Below, piece after piece: positions 49,337 through 58,249 of a DNA stretch of 58,249 nucleotides. Under the pieces are notes generated by a model that saw only the letters and a list, made by a program, of their open reading frames with translations, ran no database searches and was not told where the DNA came from. Positions within the stretch are counted from its first letter, which is position 1, and the number at the start of each line of letters is the position of its first letter. Both the position numbers and the translations under genes were made by a program. Origin of the DNA: Myxococcota bacterium (GTDB taxonomy: Bacteria > Myxococcota_A > UBA796); the NCBI GenBank assembly GCA_036156175.1, contig JAYZVA010000029.1, positions 1 through 58,249 of the forward strand, read 5' to 3'.

Positions 49337-49418
49337 TTTGATGTCTCCTTCGATGTCGCCCCAGCAGGTGGTCATTGGATGGCGTACCAATGGGTGCCGC
49401 TTGAGACGTTGACAGCCG

Positions 49419-49447
49419 CTTATGGCCCGTTGTGGATAACTCGTCAA
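49419..49447 (-). promoter_or_regulatory. Putative sigma70 promoter of rpsO with a DnaA box in the spacer
   Basis: Minus strand TTGACG-N17-CATAAG; spacer contains TTATCCACA (49431-49439). Confidence 0.55.
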
Positions 49448-49470
49448 GCGATTGGATCGAGTTGTTCGGC

Positions 49471-50880
49471 CTAAATCGCCATTCCGTAAATTCCGTAGAG
49501 GAGCATCTTCGGACTGATGGTCCGAAGATCGACCAACTGCTTCTTCAGTTGACGGGGCCGCATGTAGAATCGCCGCATGGCCCACGACTGCATTTTGACC
49601 AAGGTCTGCGGGTCGTATCCGTGGGGATGGTAGATCAAACGATCGGGGTCGGGGTTGAAGGTCGTGTAGTTTTCCCAGTCATCCCGGAACAGGTCCTTCT
49701 GCCAGCGATCGTCGAACAGCTTTGAGCCGGGAAACGGCACCGTGATCGCGAACTTGGCAAAGTCGAGGTCCAGGTCAACCGCGAACTCCACCGTCTCTTT
49801 GGTCATCTCCGGGGTTTCTCCCGGCATGCCGATCATGAACAGCCCCACGGTCTGGATCCCGGCGTTTCGCGCATTCTCAACGCCGACCCGCACCTTCTCC
49901 GTGGTGATGCGTTTGTTCACGTTGCCCAGCAACATGTCGACGCCGGATTCAATGCCCATGAGCACCCGCCGGCACCCGCCGTCGTACATCATCTGACACG
50001 TCTCAGGGTCCAAACGGTCGGCGCGAGTCTCGCTCAACCACTGGCACTTTTCGTCCAAGCCCCGAGCAACCAACTCCTTGGTGAACGGCTCCAAGTCGCG
50101 CTTGACCAGCGGAAAGATGGGATCGATGAACCCGATTTGCTTCACCCCGAATCGGTCCACCAGGTATTCGTATTCGTCCACGATTTTGATTGGATCGCGG
50201 CGCCGATACACTTTGCCGCCCGTGTGAATCAGCGAGCAATAATCGCATCGATAGGGGCACCCCCTCGAACCCGAGATCGTGAGCACGGGCTTGGCAAAGT
50301 CCGCGAAGGGCAGCAGGCCATACCGGTGGTAGGGAAACAAGTGCCATGCAGGATACGGCAGCGCATCGAGGTCCTGGTTGATGGCGCGCGCCTTGTTGGT
50401 CACCACTCCATCGTCCGAGCGCCACGTCAACCCATCGATGCCCGAGAAGTCGGTTTCGTTGCTCGCAATGGCGTCCACCAGCTCGGTGATCGTGATCTCG
50501 CCGTCTCCGTGAACGGCGTAGTCGGCATCGCGCGACTGGACGATCTCGTGACCAAAGACGTCGGCGTGAACCCCGCCCCAGACAATCTGCGTCTCGGGCA
50601 GCCGCATGCGGATTCGTGCACTGATCGCGGTGCACACGGGGGCAGACGGGGTCAGGACCGTCATTCCGATCAAGTCGGGCCGAAACCGTGCCGACTTTTC
50701 GGCCACCTGGTCCACATCCAAGCCTTCCGCAAACATGTCGATGACCCGCACATGGCAGCCGTGCTGCTCGAGCGCCGCGGCGATGTAGGCCAGACCAATG
50801 CACGGCATGGGCTCCAGCAATCCAGAAAACCGACCAAGCTTGGCCAGGTTCATCGCTGGATTGATCAACAGAACGCGCAT
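49471..50880 (-). CDS. Cobalamin-binding radical SAM protein
   Basis: N-terminal B12-binding domain ('GLAYIAAAL', 'WGGVH', 'GDGE'); '[11 protein letters not shown]'; 'GIESG', 'FMIGMPGET', 'PFPGS'. Confidence 0.93.
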   Translation of the reverse strand: MRVLLINPAMNLAKLGRFSGLLEPMPCIGLAYIAAALEQHGCHVRVIDMFAEGLDVDQVAEKSARFRPDLIGMTVLTPSAPVCTAISARIRMRLPETQIVWGGVHADVFGHEIVQSRDADYAVHGDGEITITELVDAIASNETDFSGIDGLTWRSDDGVVTNKARAINQDLDALPYPAWHLFPYHRYGLLPFADFAKPVLTISGSRGCPYRCDYCSLIHTGGKVYRRRDPIKIVDEYEYLVDRFGVKQIGFIDPIFPLVKRDLEPFTKELVARGLDEKCQWLSETRADRLDPETCQMMYDGGCRRVLMGIESGVDMLLGNVNKRITTEKVRVGVENARNAGIQTVGLFMIGMPGETPEMTKETVEFAVDLDLDFAKFAITVPFPGSKLFDDRWQKDLFRDDWENYTTFNPDPDRLIYHPHGYDPQTLVKMQSWAMRRFYMRPRQLKKQLVDLRTISPKMLLYGIYGMAI

Positions 50881-50911
50881 GGTGGCTTCCCCTCCCAGGC
50901 TTCACTGTACC

Positions 50912-52351
50912 TCATTGCTTCGGGAAACGATTGCCGTCTTCTTCGGAAATGTTCATCGGCAACCGCGGAAGGTCTTTTCGGGTCAGGTACTGAAAGAAGA
51001 CCGGGTGCGCTTGCGTGAGCCCCCACCGCGGCTGGTGTTGCACCGAGTGGTGATCGTAGGCATCGGTCACCGCGACCGCAGAGCCCGGAAACATCGGCGT
51101 AAACGTGACCGTCTGACCCACATACTGGACGGCCGGGACCATGGCCTCGGGGCCCATCGCGACGATCGCTCCGGGAGACACATCGCGGCGTTCCGTGCGA
51201 CCGGAGGCGTCGATCACGGGGCCGCCGTAGTGGTAGGCAATCGATCCCGCGCTGTGCAGCGCAACCCGTTGGGGTTTGTCGAACCGCCACTTGAGGAAGC
51301 GCGCCATTGCTTGAGACTCTTTGAGCGCGATTCGGCGCTCTCGCGCCACCGTCGACCGATCGGCCCATGCCTGCCCCGTGTCCACACCAATCAGGAGCAG
51401 CGCCACCGCGACGATGGACGGGGTTCGTCGAAGCCGCGCGACGGCCTCGGTGGCCAACCAGGCCATCACCGCGATGGCCGGCAGGAAGCGATCAGCAGCC
51501 GGTGCCACATCGTCGGCACCCATGGTTCCCCGAACCAACCACACGGCCGAAGCCCACAGCGCAAACCGAACCACAGGGTGGCCGGTTCCCGCTGCGGCGA
51601 TGCCCGCTGCCGCCACGATGGTGAGCACCGGAAGCGCCTCCGCAATCAACCCAACTCGGGACGCATCCACGTGCCGAAGGTCGATCAACAGGGCGGTCGG
51701 AGCATCGAACCCAAGGGCGAGCGCAACGCCCAGCTGGACGGTCCCAGCCACGGCAACGGGCCGCCAACTGCCCGGAATCCCCACCCACAGCACACCGGCT
51801 GCGGCCAGCCATCCCAGTGGACCGCAGAGGCCCAACACCACCACCGCCAGCACGCCCGGCCACCGCAGTCGAGACCGGCCAACATCGCGCCCAGCGGCCA
51901 CCAATGCCACGGCCGTCCAGGCGGCCAACCATGCGTCGTTGGTGCCCGACCGAGCGGCCAACACAAGGGGCACCGCGAAGGCAAGCGAGATCGCGGGCAA
52001 CAGGGCCCGCGCCGTCCCAAATCGGCGCCATGCATCGCCCGCCAAAGCGGCGATGCACACCGTCGCCGCGCCGATGCACACATATGGAAGCGCCCGCACG
52101 GGCTCCGCCCCCAGGGCGTGAATCCCGGTCAGGGCCGCCACCCACAACGAGTCCAGGAACCCCATCGTTCCTTCTTCTTGGCCCGGAAGCCGACCCGCCC
52201 GGCCCCACGAAAAGGAGAACGCGTACCGGACAGGCACAAAGGCGCGATCCACCCAGGTCGGCACGCCGGAGCCGCCAGACATCAACGCCGCGAGCCCCAC
52301 CAACAGCGCCACCAGCCAAGCGGGGCCGGCACGGCGGTGATCCGGGCTCAA
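50912..52351 (-). CDS. Polytopic membrane protein resembling GT-C glycosyltransferases (divergent)
   Basis: 'VDRAFVPVRYA..G...G.....W' resembles the DDAFISFRYA...EG...W motif; many TMs; 'RFLP', 'AGSIAY...VIDASG'. Confidence 0.55.
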   Translation of the reverse strand: MSPDHRRAGPAWLVALLVGLAALMSGGSGVPTWVDRAFVPVRYAFSFSWGRAGRLPGQEEGTMGFLDSLWVAALTGIHALGAEPVRALPYVCIGAATVCIAALAGDAWRRFGTARALLPAISLAFAVPLVLAARSGTNDAWLAAWTAVALVAAGRDVGRSRLRWPGVLAVVVLGLCGPLGWLAAAGVLWVGIPGSWRPVAVAGTVQLGVALALGFDAPTALLIDLRHVDASRVGLIAEALPVLTIVAAAGIAAAGTGHPVVRFALWASAVWLVRGTMGADDVAPAADRFLPAIAVMAWLATEAVARLRRTPSIVAVALLLIGVDTGQAWADRSTVARERRIALKESQAMARFLKWRFDKPQRVALHSAGSIAYHYGGPVIDASGRTERRDVSPGAIVAMGPEAMVPAVQYVGQTVTFTPMFPGSAVAVTDAYDHHSVQHQPRWGLTQAHPVFFQYLTRKDLPRLPMNISEEDGNRFPKQ

Positions 52352-53190
52352 GAAACCCCCATCACCAAGTCGGCCACGCTGAGCCCGTCGAGAACCTGTT
52401 CCATGGGAATGTACGGCTCTGTGCCGTCCAAGATCGAGGCCGTGGCCGCCAGCTGATCGGTGTAGAACAGCCCTTCGCCCGGTGTCAGCTCCACGGTTTC
52501 ACCGTCCACGAAGATGCGCCGATCTTGTTGCCGAACGATGCCCTTGTCGAACTCGAGGACGATCTCCAGGTGCCGATCGAGCCCCTCCTCCATTTGGCAG
52601 TCCAGCCCCACACTCACATCGTTGGGATACAGCAGCTGCACGGCCAGGTTGCTCGGCGTGCAGCGCTCCACCGACACGTCCTCCGGCACGCCAACCGCAT
52701 CGATGATCCGCTGAAACCGGGCAACGTTCGCGTGAGCCGGCGAGGTTGCAAAGGGCCGGGCGCCCCCGGTGAAGCGGACGCTGCCGCCGAGCAAGGTCTT
52801 GTCCGCCGCAAAGCGGCGAATCCACTGCGCAGCGGGCGTCAGCAGCTCGATGTGTTCGACGTGCAGCACCCGGTCGCGGGCCACGGAGAGGGCAAACAGG
52901 CTGGATGCTTCACCGGCGGATGCCGCGACGGGGTACTCGCACACCACGTGCCGGTGCGTGGACAGTGCGATGTGCACTTGGCTTGCATGAAAGTGGTCCG
53001 GCGAACAAATGGCCACGGCGTCCACGTGCTGCAGCATTTCCTCGAACGATGCGAACCGCCGGAGCCCGACCGCCTCGGGATCGCCGCGCCATCCGCCGAC
53101 GACCACCGCGCGGGGATCGGCTCGAAGCGCCTTGACCCGCGCGCGGCCCGCGCGTCCGACCCCCAACACGCCCCATCGTACCTTCATCAT
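52348..53190 (-). CDS. Gfo/Idh/MocA oxidoreductase, biliverdin reductase A-like
   Basis: 'GVGRAG..R', 'HVVCEYP', 'VLHVEHIELL', 'LFYTDQ'; EYP in place of the usual EKP; start 53190 or 53199. Confidence 0.8.
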   Translation of the reverse strand: MMKVRWGVLGVGRAGRARVKALRADPRAVVVGGWRGDPEAVGLRRFASFEEMLQHVDAVAICSPDHFHASQVHIALSTHRHVVCEYPVAASAGEASSLFALSVARDRVLHVEHIELLTPAAQWIRRFAADKTLLGGSVRFTGGARPFATSPAHANVARFQRIIDAVGVPEDVSVERCTPSNLAVQLLYPNDVSVGLDCQMEEGLDRHLEIVLEFDKGIVRQQDRRIFVDGETVELTPGEGLFYTDQLAATASILDGTEPYIPMEQVLDGLSVADLVMGVS

Positions 53191-53242
53191 CGATCGCACC
53201 CCTACCCGCTGCCAGATAACATGGGCTCACACGGAGGCAGCT

Positions 53243-54388
53243 TTGCGGGTGATTGTAATTGGTGGCGGGATCATGGGCCTTTGCACCGCGCTATCGCTGC
53301 GCCGAAGCGGTCACCGGGTCGCGCTGTATGAACAGGGACCCATCCCCAATCCAGCCGGCTCCAGCGTCGACCACCACCGCTTGATTCGCCACCCGTACGG
53401 ACCGCTGAGCGGATACGCGCGACTGATCGACCCGGCGATCGCCGCTTGGGACCGCGTATGGGAAACGGTGGGTCAGCGTCTGTTTCAGCCAACGGGCACC
53501 ATCGCGATGGCCCGGGGCGATGGGTCCTGGATCGAGCAATCGCTCAAGGACATGGCGGACTTGGGGATTGCCACCGAGGTGCTGGACGCCGCCGGGCTTC
53601 AGCGCCGCGCGCCCATGCTGCACAGCGATGGCATCGAACTGGCGGCATGGATCGACTCCGGAGGGGTGCTGTTCGCCGATCGAATCGTGGCCGCGGTGGC
53701 CAAGCAACTGGTGTTGAGCGGCGCAACCGTGCACACCCACACGCCGGTGATCGAGATCGACACGGCACGGGGCGCGATCGCGCTGGAAGATGGCACACGG
53801 GCGCGGGCCGATGCGCTGGTGGTCGCCTGCGGACCCTGGGTTCGATCGCTGGCGCCATCGACTGTGGGGCGCGTCAAACCCAGTCGGCAAGTTGTGGCGT
53901 ACCTCGATCCACCCGATGCCCACCGCACCGCGTGGGCGTCGGCACCCATGATTCTCGACATTCACAGCGACGGCGGGATCTACGCCGTGCCGCCCTGCGG
54001 AAACACGCCCCTCAAGGTCGGCGACCACTCGTTTTCGCGAAAAGGCCACCCCGACCGGAAGCGGGACGTCCGTCCAGGGGAAGCCGAGGCGCTCAAAGAG
54101 GCGTGCCGCACGCGTTTTCGAGACATCGATGACTACGCGATCACCGGCGCAACCACGTGCTTCTACACGGTCCAAGCCGACGAACGCTTCATCGTCGAGC
54201 GCCGTGAACGGGCGGTGATCATGACCGGGTTTTCCGGTCACGGATTCAAATTTGGTGCCCTGATGGGCGAGCTGGCCAGCGCCATGGTCACCGAGCGGGT
54301 GGACCCCGATGAGGGGTCGCTGTGGGCGGCGGGAGGCATCCTCGACAACGACCGTTCGGCGGCGATCACCACCCTTTGTTTGGGTTGA
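53243..54388 (+). CDS. FAD-dependent oxidoreductase, sarcosine oxidase/SolA family
   Basis: 'VIGGGIMG', 'GSS...RLIR..Y', 'CFYT', 'GFSGHGFKF'; start TTG 53243 behind GGAGG. Confidence 0.88.
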   Translation: MRVIVIGGGIMGLCTALSLRRSGHRVALYEQGPIPNPAGSSVDHHRLIRHPYGPLSGYARLIDPAIAAWDRVWETVGQRLFQPTGTIAMARGDGSWIEQSLKDMADLGIATEVLDAAGLQRRAPMLHSDGIELAAWIDSGGVLFADRIVAAVAKQLVLSGATVHTHTPVIEIDTARGAIALEDGTRARADALVVACGPWVRSLAPSTVGRVKPSRQVVAYLDPPDAHRTAWASAPMILDIHSDGGIYAVPPCGNTPLKVGDHSFSRKGHPDRKRDVRPGEAEALKEACRTRFRDIDDYAITGATTCFYTVQADERFIVERRERAVIMTGFSGHGFKFGALMGELASAMVTERVDPDEGSLWAAGGILDNDRSAAITTLCLG

Positions 54389-54746
54389 ACCGACGGCGGT
54401 CACGCTTGGTGGGTCGGGCCCCTTTTCGACCCTTCCGACTGCCGCGATCGAAGGTCGGATCGCCGGGGACGGGCCCGGTGGGCGGCGGTGGCGGTGTGTG
54501 GTCGACATACAGCGAGATGGCCAACTTGGCGGGACCGCGCTTGCCCGCCAATCCGGCCACTTCCAGCACGCGGGGACCCCCGGGGGTCAAGGCTTCGATG
54601 GTGTCGCCCACCGCGACATTCTTGCTCGACTTGGCGGGTTCACCGTTGACCACGACGTGACCGCCCGCGCAGGCGTCCGAGGCCATCGATCGGGTCTTGA
54701 ACATCCGAGCAGCCCACAGCCACTTGTCCACGCGAACTTTTTCCAT
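54366..54746 (-). CDS. hslR: Ribosome-associated heat shock protein Hsp15 (S4 domain)
   Basis: 'VRVDKWLWAARMFKTRSMA...GGHV.VNG...K', 'KRGPA', 'RPTKRDRR'. Confidence 0.93.
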   Translation of the reverse strand: MEKVRVDKWLWAARMFKTRSMASDACAGGHVVVNGEPAKSSKNVAVGDTIEALTPGGPRVLEVAGLAGKRGPAKLAISLYVDHTPPPPPTGPVPGDPTFDRGSRKGRKGARPTKRDRRRFNPNKGW

Positions 54747-54788
54747 GCCGTTCCATCAAAGGGTGCCGCACCATGGTAACCAAGTGCC

Positions 54789-55967
54789 ATGAAAATTCGC
54801 TTTTATTACGACGTTGTCTGCCCCTATGCCTACCTGGCAAGCCTCCGCATCGAAGCGCTTTGTCGGCGGACCGGCGCCGAGCTGGAGTGGTGCCCCATCC
54901 TGTTGGGCGGGGTGTACCGAACGCACCAAACCGCGGACGTTCCCGCCGAATCCTGGTCGGCAGCGAAGGTGGCGATGGGCGCCGCCGACCTGCTTCGCGA
55001 AGCGGCCGCCAACGATGCGCCGTTTGCCCACAACCCGCTTCATCCGCAGCGCAGCGTCACGGCCATGCGCCTGCTCACCTTGGCCCAAGGGCCCGCCCGG
55101 GTGGCCCTGACCAAGGCGCTGTATGCCGCCTACTGGGTGGACGGCCGCGACATCAACGACGACGCCCTGCTGGGTGCGCTGGCCGCGGCTCACGGCGTGT
55201 CGCTGACCGAGGCACGGGCCCAGCCCATCAAAGACGCCCTGCGGGCCAACACGACCGCGGCGGCGGAGCGCGGGGTCTTTGGTGTGCCGACCTTTGAGAT
55301 CGACGGGGCGTTGTGGTGGGGCCAAGACCGCATGCATCTGGTCGAAGCGGCCCTCGGGGGAGCGCCCGAGTACATGCCGACCGTGACCGCACCGACGGCG
55401 GAGCGCGTCACGGTGTTTCACGATTTTTCAAGCCCGTACTCCTACGTCGGCGCCATGCAGATGAATCGCCTCGGTCGCGAATGGGGGGTGGCAATCGAGT
55501 GGAAACCCATGCTGCTGGGCGCGGTGTTCCACGCCATCGGCACCCCCAACATTCCCATCTTCAGCTACGGACAAGCCCGCCAGGCCTACCTGATGAAGGA
55601 CCTCTGCGACTGGGCCAACTGGTGGGGGATCGACTTCAACTTCTCGCCGCACTTTCCAATTCGATCGGTGACCGCATGCCGCGTCGCAATCATCGAGCCG
55701 GCGACCACCGAGCCCTTGTACGCCGCGGCGTGGGTTGACGGGGTCGATCTCAACGACCCCGATGCATTGGCGGCGGTGCTCAATGCGGCCGGGTTCGATG
55801 GCCCAGCGCTGATCGAGGGCACCCAAGACCCGGCCGTGAAGGCCGCGCTGCGGGCCAACACGGAGGAAGCGGTCGCCGCGGGCGTCTGCGGCGCACCGAC
55901 CGCCATGGTGGGCGACACCCTGTTTTGGGGCCAAGACCGCCTTCACCGGGTTGCTCAGGCCCTGTAG
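54789..55967 (+). CDS. Tandem two-domain HCCA isomerase / GST-kappa (DsbA-like) protein
   Basis: Domain 1 'YYDVVCPYAY...GVFGVPTF...WWGQDRM'; domain 2 'FHDFSSPYSY...GVCGAPT...FWGQDRL'. Confidence 0.9.
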   Translation: MKIRFYYDVVCPYAYLASLRIEALCRRTGAELEWCPILLGGVYRTHQTADVPAESWSAAKVAMGAADLLREAAANDAPFAHNPLHPQRSVTAMRLLTLAQGPARVALTKALYAAYWVDGRDINDDALLGALAAAHGVSLTEARAQPIKDALRANTTAAAERGVFGVPTFEIDGALWWGQDRMHLVEAALGGAPEYMPTVTAPTAERVTVFHDFSSPYSYVGAMQMNRLGREWGVAIEWKPMLLGAVFHAIGTPNIPIFSYGQARQAYLMKDLCDWANWWGIDFNFSPHFPIRSVTACRVAIIEPATTEPLYAAAWVDGVDLNDPDALAAVLNAAGFDGPALIEGTQDPAVKAALRANTEEAVAAGVCGAPTAMVGDTLFWGQDRLHRVAQAL

Positions 55968-55970
55968 CAA

Positions 55971-57968
55971 TCAGGCGCCCACCACGAGGGCCTGCAACTC
56001 CCGGATCATGTCCCGCATCTCCGCGGCACGCTCGAACTCCAGCTTGGAGGCCGCCGCCTTCATCTGTTTCCGCAAGCGCTTGATCTCCTGCTCGGGATCG
56101 GAGGTCTTTCGCTGCGCCACCTGTTGGGCCACCGACGCGGTCTTCGCCACGTTCAAGCTGCCGGCACGCAGGAGTTCATCGAGGGGGGACTCCACCGCCT
56201 TTTGGATGGTCTCGGGCGTGATTCCGTGCTCCGCATTGTAGGCCTCTTGTTTGGCCCGGCGGCGGCTGGTCTCTTCGATGGCGGCCGCCATCGAATCGGT
56301 CGTGCGCTCGGCGTACAACACCACCCGTCCATTCACGTTCCGGGCCGCCCGGCCCATGGTCTGGATCAGGCTGGTGCGGTTGCGCAAAAACCCCTCTTTG
56401 TCCGCATCCAAGATGGCCACCAGCGACACCTCTGGGATGTCCAGGCCTTCCCGAAGCAAGTTGATCCCGACCAAGACGTCGAACTCGCCCCGCCGCAAGT
56501 CGCGGATGATCTCCATGCGTTCCAGCGTGTCGATGTCGGAGTGGAGGTACCGAACCTTGATTCCGAGGTCCCGGTAGTAGTCCGTCAGTTCTTGGGCCAT
56601 GCGCTTGGTCAACACCGTCACCAAGGCCCGCTCGCCCGCCGCCGTGATGGTGCGAAGCTCGGCAAGCAGGTCATCGACCTGATGCTCAATGGGCCGAACC
56701 TCTACCGTCGGATCCAGCAGGCCGGTGGGTCGGATGATCTGCTCGACCACCACGCCTTCCGCCCGGGTGAGCTCGTGTTCTCGAGGCGTGGCCGAGACGT
56801 AGACCACTTGGTCCAGCAGGGCCTCAAACTCTTCGAACTTGAGTGGCCGATTGTCGAGCGCGGAAGGCAATCGAAATCCGTGGTCCACCAGCGTCTCTTT
56901 TCGGCTGCGGTCGCCCTTGAACATTCCACCAATTTGGGGGACGGTCACGTGGCTTTCGTCGATCATCATCAGCCAGTTGGCGGGAAAGAATTCCATCAAG
57001 GTGGGGGGCGGCTCGCCTTGGTCTCGGCCCGACAGGTGGCGGCTGTAGTTCTCGATTCCCTTGCACCGACCGGTTTCTCGAATGAGCTCCAAGTCGAACC
57101 CCGTCCGTTCCTCGAGGCGCTGGGCCTCCAACAGCTTCCCGAATGAATTCAGCTCGTACAAGCAGTCCTTCAGTTCCACCTCGATGGCGTGCAGCGCACG
57201 GTCCATCTGTTCTTTCGGGGTCACGTAGTGGCTGGCCGGGTAAATCGCGACGGTCTCCAGCTCCTGCAGGCGCTGGCCCCGCAGCGGGTCGACCACGCTG
57301 ATCCGCTCCACCTCATCTCCGAACAGCTCGATGCGAATGGCGACCTCGTCTTCAGACGCCGGAAAGACCTCCACCACATCGCCGCGCACCCGAAAGGTCC
57401 CGCGGTGAAAGTCGTGATCGTTTCGCGTGTACAGGATGTCCACCAACGACCGCAAGAGGTCGCGGCGCGACCACTCTTGGCCCACGTCGATGCGGACCAG
57501 CATGCCGTCGTAGGCCTCTTTTGAACCAAGCCCGTAGATGCAGCTCACCGAGCTGACAATGATGACGTCTTTGCGCTCCAGCAGCGACTTGGTCGCCCGG
57601 TGACGCAGCTTGTCGATGTGCTCGTTGATGAGCAAATCTTTCTGGATGTAGGTGTCCGACGAGGGAACGTAGGCTTCGGGTTGGTAGTAGTCGTAGTAGC
57701 TGACGAAGTACTCCACCGCGTTGTTCGGGAACAAGCCCTTCAGCTCCCCGTACAGCTGCGCCGCCAACGTCTTGTTGTGGCTGAGCACCAAGGTTGGTTT
57801 GTCTGCATGCGCGATCAGGTGGGCCATGGTGAAGGTCTTGCCCGTACCCGTCGCCCCCAACAGCACTTGATGGTGGATGCCTTGGTCCAACCCCGCGCAG
57901 AGCTCGGCGATCGCTTGGGGTTGGTCGCCCGACGGCGTGAACTCCGTGATCAACTCAAAGCGTCCCAT
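55971..57968 (-). CDS. uvrB: Excinuclease ABC subunit B
   Basis: 'PSGDQPQAI', '[10 protein letters not shown]', '[14 protein letters not shown]', 'IDESH', 'NLLREGLD', UVR domain 'LEFERAA'. Confidence 0.99.
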   Translation of the reverse strand: MGRFELITEFTPSGDQPQAIAELCAGLDQGIHHQVLLGATGTGKTFTMAHLIAHADKPTLVLSHNKTLAAQLYGELKGLFPNNAVEYFVSYYDYYQPEAYVPSSDTYIQKDLLINEHIDKLRHRATKSLLERKDVIIVSSVSCIYGLGSKEAYDGMLVRIDVGQEWSRRDLLRSLVDILYTRNDHDFHRGTFRVRGDVVEVFPASEDEVAIRIELFGDEVERISVVDPLRGQRLQELETVAIYPASHYVTPKEQMDRALHAIEVELKDCLYELNSFGKLLEAQRLEERTGFDLELIRETGRCKGIENYSRHLSGRDQGEPPPTLMEFFPANWLMMIDESHVTVPQIGGMFKGDRSRKETLVDHGFRLPSALDNRPLKFEEFEALLDQVVYVSATPREHELTRAEGVVVEQIIRPTGLLDPTVEVRPIEHQVDDLLAELRTITAAGERALVTVLTKRMAQELTDYYRDLGIKVRYLHSDIDTLERMEIIRDLRRGEFDVLVGINLLREGLDIPEVSLVAILDADKEGFLRNRTSLIQTMGRAARNVNGRVVLYAERTTDSMAAAIEETSRRRAKQEAYNAEHGITPETIQKAVESPLDELLRAGSLNVAKTASVAQQVAQRKTSDPEQEIKRLRKQMKAAASKLEFERAAEMRDMIRELQALVVGA

Positions 57969-58249
57969 TCAGGATTTCCTCGGACTGCGAATGGCGACCA
58001 CCGCGCACAAAATGCCCAAGCCCATCAGGCCCAAAAACTTCGACTCTTGCAGAATCCAGTGCATCTCGGGAACGGCCTTTTGAAGCGGGCGGAGCCAATA
58101 AAGCGGCCACGCAGTGAAAAAATAGGACGGGAGCCCCACAACCCAACCCCAGCGACCCAATCGGCCTTCCACCAACGCCGCACCAACCACAGCGGCGGGA
58201 AACAGGGCCATCACCAAGTGGTGCTCATAGGTGTAGACGGGCGTGACCA
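57969..58249 (-). CDS. C-terminal part of a membrane protein, possibly GT87/DUF2029 glycosyltransferase (runs off window)
   Basis: Frame open to window edge: 'VTPVYTYEHHLVMALFP' resembles the GT87 'SP..W.HH' motif; hydrophobic helices. Confidence 0.5.
   Translation of the reverse strand, partial: VTPVYTYEHHLVMALFPAAVVGAALVEGRLGRWGWVVGLPSYFFTAWPLYWLRPLQKAVPEMHWILQESKFLGLMGLGILCAVVAIRSPRKS

Overview
High-GC, densely packed bacterial chromosomal segment, most likely Myxococcota. The assignment rests on a MYXO-CTERM-type sorting signal, a lid-less Hsp70/J-protein pair, many lipoproteins and TPR proteins, and the rpsO-pnp-dut order. About 50 CDSs are supported. Housekeeping genes: khpA, hutU, rpoZ, groES-groEL, suhB, gatB, hisS, aspartokinase, pssA, phhB, dut, pnp, rpsO, hslR, uvrB. 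Accessory modules: (i) a coupled gatB-pseudokinase-suhB-Hsp70-J/TPR operon; (ii) a surface-anchored M4/M36 metalloprotease operon and a divergent UshA-like/tetraheme lipoprotein; (iii) a TPR protein with two ClpX-type Zn fingers; (iv) a two-component system with a TPR/CBM-like accessory gene, divergent from an exported alpha-glucan locus (GH13 lipoprotein, isoamylase lipoprotein, LamB-like porin, small lipoprotein, GH13-CBM20); (v) proteins whose closest characterised relatives that I recall are eukaryotic (C4orf33-like, ZnT9-like, biliverdin reductase A-like). Non-coding signals: a near-consensus sigma54 promoter, a multi-hairpin groES leader, a DnaA box inside a putative rpsO promoter, a long pnp leader stem and two terminators. 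No rRNA, tRNA, CRISPR array or mobile element was recognised. All calls come from reading motifs by eye with no database search, and many start codons were re-chosen from RBS or overlap evidence.
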